Positions 1 through 16,107 are shown, numbered from the stretch's first letter. The stretch is 64,000 nt of DNA from the human T2T-CHM13v2.0 reference genome, Homo sapiens (GCF_009914755.1 NC_060935.1), one strand, 5' to 3'. Translations and numbers: made by a program. The notes: generated from the sequence alone by a model not told the origin.

Positions 1-1157
1 ATTAACTTCATTTGTAGTGGGTTTTGTTTTTGTTCATGAAAACTGTTTTTAGAAATTATATGTATTCAAATTTATCAATTTTTTAATTGTATCTGGATTT
101 TGATTTACAGTTAGAATGTCATTCTCTACACCTATGTAAAGAAGAATGCACTGCAATTTAACCTGTTTTATTTAAAGGTGAATAAAACATTTACAAATGT
201 TGCTGTCTTCCATTACCTTCATGGTGTGATGTCTTACTATTACATTGCCGATCTTTTCAGAGTGCATTCTTAAGGACGGGCCAAAGGATGGATCAAAATT
301 ATATTCCAAATGACTAATTGTCCCAGTACCATCTATTAAAAAGTCAATTGTGACTCAGTGATTTGAGGTGCCGCTTTTTTGTACTCGATAGACTTCCATA
401 TTAATTTGGGTCTATTTTTATGCATTCTACTCTATTCTGCCTGTTTTTCTATTCTTGTGAACTTTCTGTCAACTTAGATTAACACATACTTTTATACATC
501 TCATGTGTCTAAGATTTCCCTTCTTATCACCAACCTAGAGAAATGTCTTCTGCAAGTTTATATTTGCTCCTGGAACACTGCTATAAAGTTTGCCCAAAAT
601 TTAACATCTTACCTGTTCCCTTCACTTCACTCCACTCCATGTGAGTCCTCTGATATCCTCTTAGAAATACTGAAAAATAGCAATCAAGTGATTTCATTAC
701 TTTACAATAAAATAATTTGACACAAAATAAATACTTATCTTAAGTTTGATGGTCCTGTCAGTACTGAAGTACTTCCTGAATACTATTTTATTCTGTACAT
801 CATTGCATGGCTGTCAGGGGTTCAGCTTTATCCAGCAAGAGCATCCAGCACATGAAATTCAAGGCTGTGCTTTAATGCTGAGACAAAATTTGGAGCATGG
901 AACCTATCATTTCTTGGGGTGTGTAAATGGAAGGTGTATGAACATCTAAACATTTGTCTCTCAAAATAACTTTTACTTACTTCTTCATTGATGGTAGATA
1001 CAATTGCTTGTTCAGTTGACAACAACCAAAAATGGAGTGGATAAGTCAGTCAAATGATAGGCAAAGAAGAAATTTGAGATATTCTTTCCTGCAATATTGG
1101 TTTGTTTCACACGTGTCATGGCAGAAACATAGGTTGTTTAGATTAAGGTGTTTGGTA

Positions 1158-3480
1158 CAGGCATGCCTCATTTTCTTTGCTTTATTGCACCATATATCTA
1201 TATCTATATAGATATATATACTGTGTGTGTATATATTTTTTAACAAGTTGAAGATTTGTGACAACCCTGCAAAGAGCAAGTCTATTGGCAGCATTTTTCC
1301 AGCAGCAGATACTTATTTCCCATCTCATGTCACGTTTTGGTAATCCTTACAATATTTCACACGTTTTCATTAATATTGAATCTGTTACAGTGATCTGTGA
1401 TCAGTGATATTGATGCTACTATTATTGTTTTAGAGAATCACAAATCATGCCCAAATATAAACCATGAACTCAATTGATAAATGCTGTGTATGTATGTTCT
1501 GCCTGCTCCACCAGCCAGCCCTTCCCCTGACTCTCCCTCCCCTTTGGACTTCTTATTCCCTGAGACAAAATAGTATTGAAACTAAGCCAATTAATAACCC
1601 TACAAGGGCCTCTAAGTGTTCAGATGAAAGAAAGAGTTGCACGTCTCTCACTTTAAATCAAAAGCTACAAATGATTAAGCTTAGTGAGGAAAGCATGAAG
1701 AAAGCCAATAAATAATGAAAGAACGGCCTCTTATTCCAAACTGTTAACAAAGGAAAAGTTCTTGAAAGAAATTAAAAGTGTTACTCCAGTGAACATATGA
1801 ATTATAAGAAAGTAAAACAGCCTTATTGCTGATATGGAGAAAGTTTTAGTAATCTGAATAGAAGACCAAACCAGCCACATTCTCTCAAGCTAAAGACTAA
1901 TCAAGAGAAAGGTCCTAACTTTCTTCAGTTCTACAAAGGCTGAGAGAGGTGAAGAAGCTGCAGAAGAAAAGTGTGAAGTTATTAGAAGTTGGTTCATGAG
2001 GTTTAAGGAAAGAAGCTGTCTCCATAACATAGAATTGTAAGGTGAAGAAGAAAGTGCTGATGTAGAAGCTGCAGCAAGTTATTCAGACATTCAGAAGGTC
2101 TAACTAAGAGAATAGATGAAATTCAATGCCTGATTTAAAAGGCTAAAAGGATAGGCTGATTCTCTTGTTAGGGGCTAACACAGCTGATGACTTTAAGTTG
2201 AAGCCAATGCCCTGCTAACATTCCAAAAATTCTAGGGCCCTTATAAACCCTTAAGAATTATGCTAAATCTACTCTGCCTGTGCCTATAAGTGGAACAACA
2301 AAGCCTAGATCACAACATATCTGTTTACAGCATAGTTTACTGAATATTTTTAACCCACCATTGGAACCTACTTCTCAGAAAAAAATAATTTTATTTTAAA
2401 ATATTACTACTCATCAATAATGCACCTAGCCAAGCAAGAGCTCTGATGGAGATGTACAGGGAGATTAATGTTTTCATGCCTGCTAAACAACATCCATTTT
2501 TTAGCCCATGGATCAAGAAGTAATTTCAACCTACAAGTCATTATTTAAGAAATAAATATTGTAAGGCTATAGCTGCCATAGATAGCAGTTATTGGGCTGA
2601 TGGATCCAAGCAATGTAAATTGGAAACCTTCTAAAAGGATTCATCATTCTAGATACCATTAAGAACATCTGTGATTCACGGGCAAATGTTAAAATATCGT
2701 TATTAACAGGAGTTCAGAAGAAGTTAACTCCAACCCTTATAGATGACTTTGAGGGATTCAAGACTTCAATGAAGGAAATGACTGCATGTGTTATGGAAAT
2801 AGGAAGAAAACTAGAATTAAAAGTGGGGTCTAAAGATGTGACTAAATTGCTACAATGTCATGATAAAACTTGAATGGATAAGGAGTTGCTTCTTGTGAAT
2901 GAGCAAACAAAGTGGTTTCTTGAGATGGAATTCAGTCCCAGTGAAGATACTGTGAAAACTGTTGAAATGAGAACTAAGGATTTAGAGAATTACATAAACT
3001 TAGTAAAGCAGGGACAGGATTTCAGAGGATTGAGTCCAATTTTGAAGGATGTTCTATTGTGGGTAAAATGCTATCAATCAGCACCACATGCTACAGAGAA
3101 CTCTTTTGTTAAAGGAAGAGTCAATCAATGTGGCAAAGTTCCTTGTCTTATTTTAAGAACTTGCCACAGCTACCCCAGCCTTCAGCAACTACTGCCATGA
3201 TTAGTCAGCAGCCATCAATATTGAGGCAAAACTTCTCACCAGCAAAAAATTATGACTCACTAAAGGCCCAGATAATCACTAGCATTTTTAGCTATGAAGT
3301 ATTTTTAATGAACGTATGTACTTTTTAAAGACTTGAACACTTAATAGACTACAGTATCATATAAAGATATATGTATATGCAATGAAAAACCAGAAAATGC
3401 GTGTGACTTACTCTCATATGACTTTTTTCTTTATTGTGGTTGTCTGGAACCAAACCTGCAGTATCTCCAAGGTACGTCTG
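1158..3480 (+). mobile_element. Tigger1 DNA transposon (TcMar/pogo), near full length, decayed transposase
   Basis: Starts TA|CAGGCATGCCTC and ends ATCTCCAAGGTACGTCTG|TA, giving TA target duplications and degenerate TIRs. ORF 1464-1715 ends ASKCSDERKSCTSLTLNQKLQMIKLSEE, matching the Tigger1/TIGD1 N-terminus; the frame is broken by stops. Confidence 0.93.
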
Positions 3481-4461
3481 TATTTTCTATTTTGTTGTTC
3501 ATTTCAAATGGACCATGTATTAAATTCCTCTTGAAATTTAGTTCTATGGGGAAAAAAATGCTGTTTCCAAGGCTAGATCCACTACACCTAAATAATCTCA
3601 TAAGCTACATCATATCATTTTGGTGGGGCTTGAAGGGGGATGGAGCATCAAACAATCAACCAAATAAATAACTTTGTAGTCTTATGGTGTCCAGAAATAG
3701 AAAAATAGATGCTTGTTTGACATAATCACCGCAAGGAGCAGCATAGTAGGGGGGGAAAGAAAAGAAATCTTTCAATACGAAATTAAATGGACCATGAAAG
3801 GTAAAATCAAGTTAATTGATTATTCTGACAGGAAAAAGTCAAAGATATCTAAATGCTGATATCGATACCTCTGTTAAAACAAATGAAAAATCCTTCTTCA
3901 AAAAATTTACCTTAAGTTTTAAATTCACCAGAAAATAAATTAGTCAAAATGTTAAATGATAAGTATATTAAACCTTTTATCTTGCTCTCCACAATGGTAG
4001 AGGACAGATTTTGAAGTTGTGGAGTACAGTATTAAGATTAGTGACAACACATGAAGTGAATTGACTGATTATGCATACTCTTTACTTTGGGACTAGACAT
4101 GCCACTTGATAATTAAAGTGTCAGTGAAGTCAAGAATATTTGTAAAATTTGTGTGAAGAGATTATTACTGTAAGATTTGTTGATTTTTCCATGCAAATGG
4201 TGTCATTAAATAATGTGTATTTGCTACGAAGATTTTATTTAATGCCACATAAATATTTACAATAACGCATCTCAACACAACTTCATGGGCCAAATTTTTA
4301 GACTAAAGAGGAAAACCAGTGTAAGAAATTTTATGTTAACTTGTCAAGAATGAGAAACAAAGACCCAGGATCACTTTGGGCCTTTGAATGGTCATTTTTA
4401 TATATTTTCTATGCCCTTTATTTCACGAAAGCTTTATTCTTGCTTTTATATATGTATTTTA

Positions 4462-6178
<1,717 letters not shown>

Positions 6179-9100
6179 AAGGACAGAATATAACTATAAG
6201 CAGTTTGTGTTTCTTCAGTATGATATATAGGGCAAAAAATGGTGACAGACAATGTTTATTGAATGCTTACCATTTCCTGAATATTGTGATATACTTTTAT
6301 AAATATCTTAAATATTCACAAAATTGAAGAAAATTACAACTCAGGGAAATTAAGCAAATTCTTAATGACAGTGCTATACTACAATAGAGACTGACTGAAA
6401 ATTTTTAAGCAAGAAAATGATGTTACTGTGTATATATTGTTAGTCCTCTATTATTGACTCCTAAACGAGTTCAAGGAATATTAAAGCTATAATGGGCCTT
6501 AGAGACCATCTAGCTCAACAACTTAAACCTACACAATAAGGAATTGGAGCTTATAGAAGCACATTAATCTGCTAAGGCCATACAGATTTGGTGGTAGAGT
6601 ATGATTATAATCAAGGACTCCAGATTTATCCCGCATCTTTATGCTGTACTTCTTTCATTAACACTCTCTTCCCAGCTTTTTTTTCTTAATTTCAATCATC
6701 TGTTCAAACCAGTTGCAATGACTCTAACTCTGACCCTAAGGTCATCTCCTTCTTTCCTTTGTTTTTCAAATCTGTCATATCTATTGTGCAGTTTAAAACA
6801 CAAAAGAAGCTGACAATCCTTTTCCATTACATGGAATTAGAATAGTTGGCATTCTTTCATGCTCATTTAGTCATTTCAAACAGACTTACTTTCATCCTAT
6901 TAGAGCTTTTTGACCAAACTCCTGATAATTACCTCATTAAATTTAACTCTTCTAATAAATTCCCCTGAGAATTGTCAAGAAGGTATTTTTGAGATGGTAT
7001 TGGGAAAAGATTGTGGACTTAGGAGCCTAGATAGCAGGGCTAATGGTCCTGTTCCATCACCCACAGGTCTAGTGATTAGGACCAATCACTTAATACTTCA
7101 GTGCATTAGTGGTGGCGTTAAATAACAACCTTGCCAACTTGTTGTATAAAACTCCTACCACGAGAAATAGGCATATTTTTGTGTTCAGCACATACTTTAG
7201 GAGAAATTAAGTTTTTTCTCTTGAAAAAAATTTTATTTATTTTAAATTTACACATAATACTTTTACATTTTGTGGGGTACAGTATGTTTTAATACATGCA
7301 TACATTGCATATTGCTGATGCTGTGCAATGTACACATGTAATAAAACATCACACTGTACCCCATAAAAATATTCTAATTACACATCAACTCAGACATTTA
7401 TCATTTCTTTTTGGTGAGAACATTCAAAATTCTTTTGTAGCTATTTTGAAATATATGTTTTATTGTTAACTATAGTCACCCTAATGTGTAATGCAACACT
7501 AGAACTTATTCCTCCTTCGTAACTGTAACTTTATACCCATTAACCAACCTCTCCTTATCCTTCCATATCCTTTACTTTTTCAGCCTCCGGTCACCATTAT
7601 TCTACTCTCTACTTTTTTTGATTTCACATATGAGTGAGATAATGAGGTATTTGTTTTTCTGTGCCTAGTTTATTTCATTTAACATAATGTCTTCCAGGCT
7701 CATCCACGTTGCTGCAAATGGCAGCATTTCATTATTTTTATGGCTAAATACTATTTCATTGTGTGAATATACCATATTTTATTTATCCTTTCATTCATTT
7801 ATGGACACTCGGGTTGATTTCATATTTTGGCTCTTGTTAATACTGTTGCAATGAATATAGATGAGCAGATATCTCTTTGACAAACCAATTTCATTTCTTT
7901 TGGCTATACGCCCAGTAGTGGGATTGCAAGATCAAATGTTAGTTCCATTTTTAATTTGGGGGCAAACCTCCATACTATTTTTCATAATGGCTGTATGAAT
8001 TTACATTCCCACGAATAGTATACAAGAGTTCCCCTTTCTCCACATTCATGTCATTTTTTTTTTTGTCATTTTAATAACAATCATTCTAACTGGACTGAGA
8101 TTATATCTCATAGTGGCTTTGATTTATATTTCCCTAATTATTATTAATGTTGAGCATTTTTTAATATACTTGTAGGCCATTTGTATGTCTTCTTTTGTGA
8201 AATGTCTATCCATATGTTTTGGCCTTTTTTAAGTCATTATTTGATTTTTTTGCTATTGAAATGTTTGAGTTCCTTATATATTCTACACATTAACCCTTTC
8301 CAGATTTATAGTTTGAGCATATTTTATCACATTATGTAGATAATGTAGATTATTTCTTCACTCTGTTTATTTTTTCCTTTTCTGTGCAGAGGTTTTTAAT
8401 TTGATATTATTCCATTTGTCTGTTTTTATTTTGTTGCCTGTGCTTTTGAGGTTTTATCAAAACAACTTGCCTAGACCAATATCACAAAATAAATGTTTTA
8501 TGTATATTTTTTCTTCTAAGAGTTTCATACTTTAGGATCTTACATTTAAGTCTATTCCTTTCTGAGTTGATTTTTTAAGTACCGAGTAATAGGTATCTAG
8601 TTTCATCCTTGTGTGTGTGGATATATAGTTTTCTCAGCACCGTTTATTGAAGAGACTGTCCTTTTCCCATCCTTGTTCTTGTCAAAAATCAATTGGCTGT
8701 AAATCCATGGATTTTCTGGGTTCTCTATGCTGCTGTGTTTATGCCGGTATCATGCTGTTTTGGTTACTACAGCTTTGTACTATATTTTGAAGTCAGATCA
8801 TGTGATGCTTACAGATTTGTTCCTTTTTCTCAAAATTGCTTATGCTATTCAAGGTTATTTTTGTTTCATACAAATTTTAGGAATTTTTGTGTGTCTGTGA
8901 AGAATGTCTTGGGTGTTTTGTGACTGTAGATTGCTTTGGAAATTACGGACAGTTTAGCTACATTAATTCTTCTAATTCATGAACATGGTATCTTTTTCAT
9001 GTATTTGTGTCCTCAACTTCTTTCATCAATATTTTGTAGCTTTCCATCACAGAGATCTTTTACTTCCTTGATTAAATTTTTATATATGTTTTATTTTTGT

Positions 9101-10255
9101 TGATATCTATTGTAATGGGATTGCTTTATTTTTTTATCAGATTGTTCACTATTCGCATACAGAAAAGCTACTGAAATTTATATGTTGGTTTTATATCCTT
9201 CTACATTACTAAATTTGTTTACTCATTCTAACAGTTTTTTGGTGTAGTCTTTAGGTTTTTCTCTATATAAAATTATGTCATCTGCAAACAGGGACAATTT
9301 GATTTCCTCCTTTCCAATTTGGATGTCCTTTATTTATTTCTCTTGCTTAACAGTCTGGCTGGGCTTTCCATTATTCTGTTAAATAAATGTGGTGAAAGTA
9401 GGCAACATTTTCTTGTTTCAGATTTGACAGGAAAAGTTTTCAACTTTTCCCTGTTCTTATATAATATTAGCTGTGGATTTGTCATATATGTGCTTTATTA
9501 TGCTGAGGTATATTCCTTCTATACATAATTTGTTGAGAGTGTTTATCAGGAAATGGATGTTTAATGTTATCAAATGCCTTTTCTGTCTATTAGTCATATG
9601 ATTTTTGTCCTTCATTCTGTAAATGTGATGTATTACAGTTATTAACTTGCATTTGTTGAACCATCTTTGCATCCCTGGGATGAATCCCACTTTACGAGGG
9701 GAGTAATCTTTTTGATATGCTGTTAGATTTGGTTTGCTGGTATTTTGTTGAGGATTGTGATATTGGCCTATATTTTTCTTTTTGTGTTGTGTTCTTTTCT
9801 GGTTTGGGTATCAGGACAATGCTAGGCTCTTAGAATTAATTTCAAATGAATAGTTTGAGAAGAATGGGTATTAGTTCTTCTTTAGGTGTGTGTTGGAATG
9901 CAGCAGGGAAGCCTTTAATTAGGTCTTGAGCTTTCCTTTGATTGGAGACTTTTCTATTACTGATTCAATCTTGGCACTCTTTATTGGTTTGTTCAGATAT
10001 TCAATTCCTCATAACAATCTTAGTAAGTTGTTGGTGTCCAGGAATTTGCCTTCTTCATTCAGGTTTTCCAATTTGTTGATATATATTCATAGTAGTCCCT
10101 CATGATTCTTTATATTTCCATGGTATAATTTATAATGACTCCTTTGTCATTCCTGATTTTATTTATTTGGGCCTTCTCTCTTTTTTCCTTAGTTTAGCAG
10201 AAGGCTGGTAAATTTTGTTTATCTTTTCAAACAACAAAATTGTTGCTTCATTGAT

Positions 10256-10602
10256 CGTATTAGTCCATTTTCATGCTGCTGATAAAGACACACCCAAGAC
10301 TGGGCAGGTTGCAAAGGAAAGAGGTTTAGTGGAGAACTCACAGTTCCACATGGCTGGGGAAACCTCAGAATCAGGGCAGAACGCAAGGAGGAGCAAGTCA
10401 CATCTTACGTGGATAAGGCGAAGAGAGCTTGTGCTGGAAAACTCCCTGTTACAGCAACCATCAGATCTTGTGAGACTTACTCACTTTCACAAGAACAGCA
10501 CAGGAAAGACCTGCCCCCATGATTCAGTTACTTCCCACTGGGTCCCTCCCACAACATGTGGGAATTGAAGATGAGATTTGGGTGGGGACACAAACCGTAT
10601 CA
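10256..10602 (-). mobile_element. THE1 (ERVL-MaLR) solo LTR
   Basis: GTATTAGTCCATTTTCATGCTGCTGATAAAGAC...GAGATTTGGGTGGGGACACAAACCGTATCA matches THE1B/C termini; ~350 bp. Confidence 0.9.
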
Positions 10603-12769
10603 TTGTACATTTTTAGTCATTTATACATTTAGAGCTTTTGCTATATCCCATAGGTTTTGTTACGTTGTGTTTCCCTTTTTGTCTCAAAAAATTTTTGTCA
10701 ATTTTCTTAATTTATTCATTGAGCTATTGGTTATTGCAGAGCATGTTGTTTATTTCCACGCATTGTATAGATTCTAAAGTTCCTCCTGTTATTAATTTCT
10801 AACTTTAGTCCACTGGGGTCAGAGAGGATACTTAATACAACTTGATTTTTTAAACTTCCTTATGACTTGTTTTGTGGTCTAACATGGTCTATTCTGCAGA
10901 TTGTTCCATGTGTTGTTGAGAGTAATGTGCATTCTGAGGCTGTTGGATGGAATGTTCTTTAAATGTCTATTAGTTCTATTGTGTTTAGAATGTAGTTTAG
11001 CACTAATCTTTCTTTGTTGACATTTTCTCTGAATGATCTATTGCTAAAAATGGGGTGTTAAAATCCCCTATTTATTGTGGTCTGACTCTGTCATTAGATC
11101 TATTAATATTTTCTGTATATATTTAAATATTCTCATATGGACTGCATACATATTTTAATTGCTAAATCCTTTCCCTGTAATGTCCCCTTCATCATTACAT
11201 AATGGCCTTCTTTGTCTCTTTTTACAGTTTTTGACTTAAAGTCTATTTTACCTGATATAAGTACAGCTACTTCTGCCTTCTTTTGGTTTCTGTTTGCATG
11301 GAATATCTTATTCCATTTCTTCACCTTTAGTCTCAATGTTTTTAACAGATGAAGTAAGTTTTTTGTAGACAGCATGTAATTTTTAAAAAATCCACTTAGC
11401 TATTCTATGTCCTCTAATTGGAGAATTTAATCTATTTCTATTCAAGGTAACTACTGATGGGTAAGAACTCTCACTACAGCCATTTTGCTACTTGTCTTCT
11501 AGTACTTTTGTACACCCTTTCTTCCTTTCTCTCTTACTGTCTTTCCTTGTGCATAAGTGTTTTTTTCTCATATGGTATGTTTCATTTCCTTCCTTTTTAT
11601 TTTTAGTGTCTTTTATAGGTGTTTGTTTTATGGTTATCATCACGCTTACAAAAAGTATTCTATTGTCATAGCAAGTTATTTTAAACTGGTAACAACTTTG
11701 AGTGCAAAGAAAAGAAAATAACAAAAAAAAATGTATATTGAACTTCATTTTGTCCTTTAAAATTTTTGATATTACATTTTATATTTTCTTATTTATTTCA
11801 TAACAAATTAATGTAAATAGTAGTTTTGTATTTAGTCTTTATACTAAAGATATTCTTTACAAACAATGATTAAAGTAAATATATTTTGTCTATATACCTT
11901 ATTTTACCAATGGCTTTTATGTCTTCAGGTATACTTTTATACCTTCAGGTTTTCTTATTACATGATAGCATCGTTTTTTTCAGTTTAGAGAACTCCCCCA
12001 ACACTTTTTTTTTTTTTTTTTTTTTTTTGCATTACTTGTAGGACAGGTCTGATAGTAATAAATCCCTTTAGTTTGTTTGAGTGGGAAGGTATTTATTGCT
12101 ACTTTATTTCTGAAGACAGCTTTCCCAGGTGCTATACTAGTGGTTGACAGTGTTTTCTGTTTCTTTGTTTCAGCACCCTAACTATATGTCCCCACTCCCT
12201 CCTGGCCTGCAAGGTTTCTGCTGAGAAGTCTGTTGCCAAGGGTATTTGAATACTCTTATATGTTTGCCTCTTTTCTTTCACATCTTTCAGAATCCTGTCT
12301 TTGACCTTTGAGAGTCTGATTATAATATGTATGTATTTTCAAATAGCTTATGTTCAAGTTAAGTGATTCTTTATTGTTTTTTTTTGACTCTACTGTTGAT
12401 TGTTTCTATTGTATTTTTCATTTAGCTCATTGTTTTTCTCAGCTCCAATATCCTGTTTTATATTATTATCTCTACTGAATTTCTCTGATGAGTTTCTGGA
12501 CTATTGCTTTGTGTTTTCTTGAATCAGGTTTTGCCTGTGCTCATTCTTCTCATTGGGCCTTCTAGCGGTTTTAACCAGACTGTTGTGTTGCCAGAGCCTG
12601 TCACCACTGCAGCCATCTAAACCCTAGAGGGTGCTCTGGTGCTCTAAGCACAGGTTTGCCACAAGTCTTGCAAGGGCTCTGTGGTCAGCATGATTTTTCT
12701 GGCCCAAATGGACCTGGGGAAAACTCAAGGTGGGGGTACCTTGGCTTTGTGGGAAAGCTGGCCAGAAAC

Positions 12770-13770
12770 TTGAGCCAGAGATTTTCCCAGTGGCCCATAC
12801 AGGTACACCACCCAAGCACTACTCTTTTAGAGGCAGAATGGTCCCTCAGCGGCAGTGAAACGGTTTGGAGAAGGGATTGGGCCCCCTCAGGATCTGTTAT
12901 GAGACAGAGGCTGGTGACTTGTTTCATTGGCTCTGCCAGGCATACATCTCACTGAAGCTCCCTGCAGAAGTGGGATAGTTCACCACCTGCAGTGAAAGGG
13001 CTTGGAACTGAATGAGGGCCCACTCAGAATCTGCTGTCGGGTAGAGGTTGGAGCACCCATCTCCTTGGCTCAGATAGGTATGTATCTCCTAGCATGTCTC
13101 TTCACCAGTGAGAGTGGGCTCCAACTGCAGCACAAAGGGTCAGAGCTGAGACAGGGCCCCTTTGGGATCTGCTGTGGGATGGCTAACTGTGAGCCTTTCT
13201 CTTTGGCTCAGATGGGTGCATGTATCTCAGCAGCACCTCAAACAGGCAGGAGAGGTTCCTGACTACAGCATGTGTGGCTGGAGGTGAGCTGGGCCTCCTG
13301 GTGATCTGTTGTGAAATGGAGGTTGGGAGTCCATCTCCTTGGTTCAGATGGGTGTGTGTCTCTCAGGAGGTCTTGGCACAGGTAAGATAGGTCTCTGACT
13401 GCAGCAGGAGAAAATGGAGCTGATAAAGGGGCTTTTTGGCCCTCCTGTAGGATGGTGGCTGTCAAGCCCATCTCACTGAGTAATAAGGCAGGCATGTGTT
13501 TCCCAGCAGGATCCTGCACAGGCAGAATAGTTCATGGACTATAGTGCGAGGAGCTGGAGCCAAAATAGGGCACCCTCAGAATATGATGTGAGACAGAGGC
13601 TGGTGAGCCTGTTTCATTAGCTCAGCTGGATGCACATACCCTTGTGGGTCCCTGCACAGGTGGGATAGTTTTCTGATTGCAACAAGAGGTCCCAGAGGTG
13701 AGACTGGGCTTGCTCAAGATCTGCTATGGGATGAAGGCTGGTAAGCCCCTTATTTTGGCTCAGATTCTGT
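12770..13770. repeat. Degenerate tandem array of ~7 units of ~138 bp within the L1M 5' region
   Basis: The anchor motif (G/A)ATCTG...GG(C/T)TCAG recurs at 12892, 13029, 13167, 13304, ~13441, 13581 and 13719. Confidence 0.8.
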
Positions 13771-16107
13771 GTGCAACATATGGGAAAGTCTCTCTGTGGT
13801 CCTTGTGTGAGCAGTTCTAAGCTGGAACTTCAACTGGGCTGGACTGGAATTGAGCCACAGGACAAGTTTCAGTTCCATTGCAGAGATCAATGTCAGCAGG
13901 AAAATGATCTTTTCTTGCTGAGACACTGGTGTTCATGATTCCTTCTGGCTCCCTTGGCAAATGGTTTTAGTTGTAGGCTCAAGGCCAAATGGTGCTGTAG
14001 CCAAAGCCTTTGGGGAATGGAACTGATTCTGGGTTTGAACCTGAGAACATCATCAGTGGATCTGCAACCTGGTTGCTGTTCTGCATTCTCAAAACAGTCT
14101 TCCTGGTTCCTGTGCTTTACCAGGGTTTCACAGAACTCCTACCTAAATACCAAGGCCACTGCAGAGAGACTTTTACCTGTGAATGGCTACAGAATTCTTG
14201 TTGTTGGGGAATTTGAGCACGTTGCCTTCTACTGTGTCATCTCGATGTCACTTTTCCTCTTTTTATTTGTTATATTTTTGTAGTCCACTACATTGCTAAA
14301 AGTAAAGTGGTCATACAAGTGGATAATAAATTGTAAGACCTTAGTTGCTTGTAATAATTAACATATAGCTGAATGCCATGTGATGAAAAAAATTTAATTT
14401 TTTATAAGAAAACAATTTTAAACATTGATTTTTCTCATGAAGCTATGACAGGCATTATACAACTTTAGAGTAGTTAAGAAAAAAATATCTAAAATATGGA
14501 AACAACACAAAAAGATGATTTTATGTTTTTCTGTGCCACACTCAAGCACTAATAGACCTATCCAAATTTTCCAAGAGTATTTAAAAAATGCAAAGTTATG
14601 TAACCACTAAAAAAAGTAATGTGAAAATGGTTTGCTAAATAAAACACACAATTAAAGGTTATCTTGTTTTTAAGGTGAATGTACTCATAAGTAAATTTCT
14701 CTTGTTATTGATTAGGACCCTACTCATAGATTCTATAAATATTGTGAATTCATTAAACTAAAAAAAAAATTCTGAACTTGCAAATTTTTTTAGAAAAAAT
14801 GGAGATTATTTTTGTATAGTAGAAAAGATAACCCCAAAGGTTATAGTATAATTGGCATGTAGGATATTAGCCAGTTTTGTATTTTAACTTGATAAATGTA
14901 TTTATACATTTCTTTTCTGGCTGATTGCAAAAATCTGTACAAATGTTTTTTGAACCTACTTTACCATCTTGCTGGCTCCCTCAGAGAATTAAATACATTT
15001 TGAAATGTGTTCAATATATACTTGTATGAAAGCCATCTCTATAAATATTTTTTAAATTATATTTTGATGGAGTGGGCCTTTTCATCTTATTGTTCTAGGA
15101 AAAATCTCTTGATTGTTTCTATCTAGCTAAGGTCATATAAGGAAAGATGGTCCTTGGTACTCTAGCAAAAAAGTGTGGAATAGATTATATTTGGTAAGTG
15201 GTGGTGGTTAATTGATAATGTGTATTTACTTAATATCATTGATGAGTGGGTCAAAATATCTACATAGACACCAAGTAGCCTCAGAGAAAAATACAGGTCC
15301 TAGATTCCAACCTTTCTTTAATTTGTTTTATACTTGGTTTTTGCAGGTATATTGTAGGTATATATATTTATGGTCAACCTTTCTCTTTTTGAGACTCAGT
15401 TTCAGTAAAATCTCTCTGATCTCATGGCTTGAAGTCAACTAGGCTGAGGAATGCTGGCAGAAAGTAAATCAAGGTCATCCAAGGGATACTCACTTGGAAT
15501 AGTCTGGGCAGGTGAATCAGGCTTACTTCCAGAGCTGTGTGGTCATGGAGAAAGATGTATCCAAAAAAATGTGTGGAAAAGGCTGAAAATCTCTGTTTCT
15601 CGTTACTTTGGTCTTGAGGGGCTGATATGGAAATAGTCATTTAGCATATAATGCCAAAAAAAAAACAACAGTGATTTTGGAAACCACAGGGAGGGCACCT
15701 CTGGACATTTTCCAAATAAGAGTTGCCACAGACTGTGGAGGGATGTGCATCAGCATGAGTTGCTCAGGGACAATCAGTTTGATAGACCAAACTGTCCATA
15801 TGGCCACTAATACTAACTGTCCATATGGCCACCAAGCATAACACTTTGGGGAAGACTTTTTTTTTTTGGCCCTACCTTCCATAACCTGAGTAAGTCCTGC
15901 CTGACGAGTAGAGGAGCTACTGGAGTAGTGGACAATGTGAACATCCTCACTATATGTGTGTGTGTGGGGGGGCGGTGGGCAGGGGCGTTCTTCTTACAAC
16001 AATGACATTATATGTCAGTGATGGAAGAAATGGCACCAGGAATAAAAAGGCTACTACTAGAATAGATCAAATCCATTAAGCCTGTGGTTCTATGGTCTCA
16101 TTCCAGT

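Larger units (their letters stand above)
7230..14250 (-). mobile_element. Old, long L1M (L1MA-type 3' end), minus strand, with internal deletions, interrupted by a THE1 LTR
   Basis: L1MA-type 3'UTR at ~7230-7800. Minus-strand ORF2 remnants: 9457-9690 (GFIPGMQRWFN, RT region) and 11133-11375 (KIFHANRNQKKAEVAVLIS...DKEGHY, endonuclease). A more GC-rich putative 5' end lies at 12500-14250. The 5' boundary is approximate. Confidence 0.85.

Noticed and set aside
12770-13770. Regularly spaced repeats as a CRISPR-like array
   Set aside because: The whole 138-bp unit is homologous between copies, so there are no unique spacers; the context is a human L1 with no cas genes.
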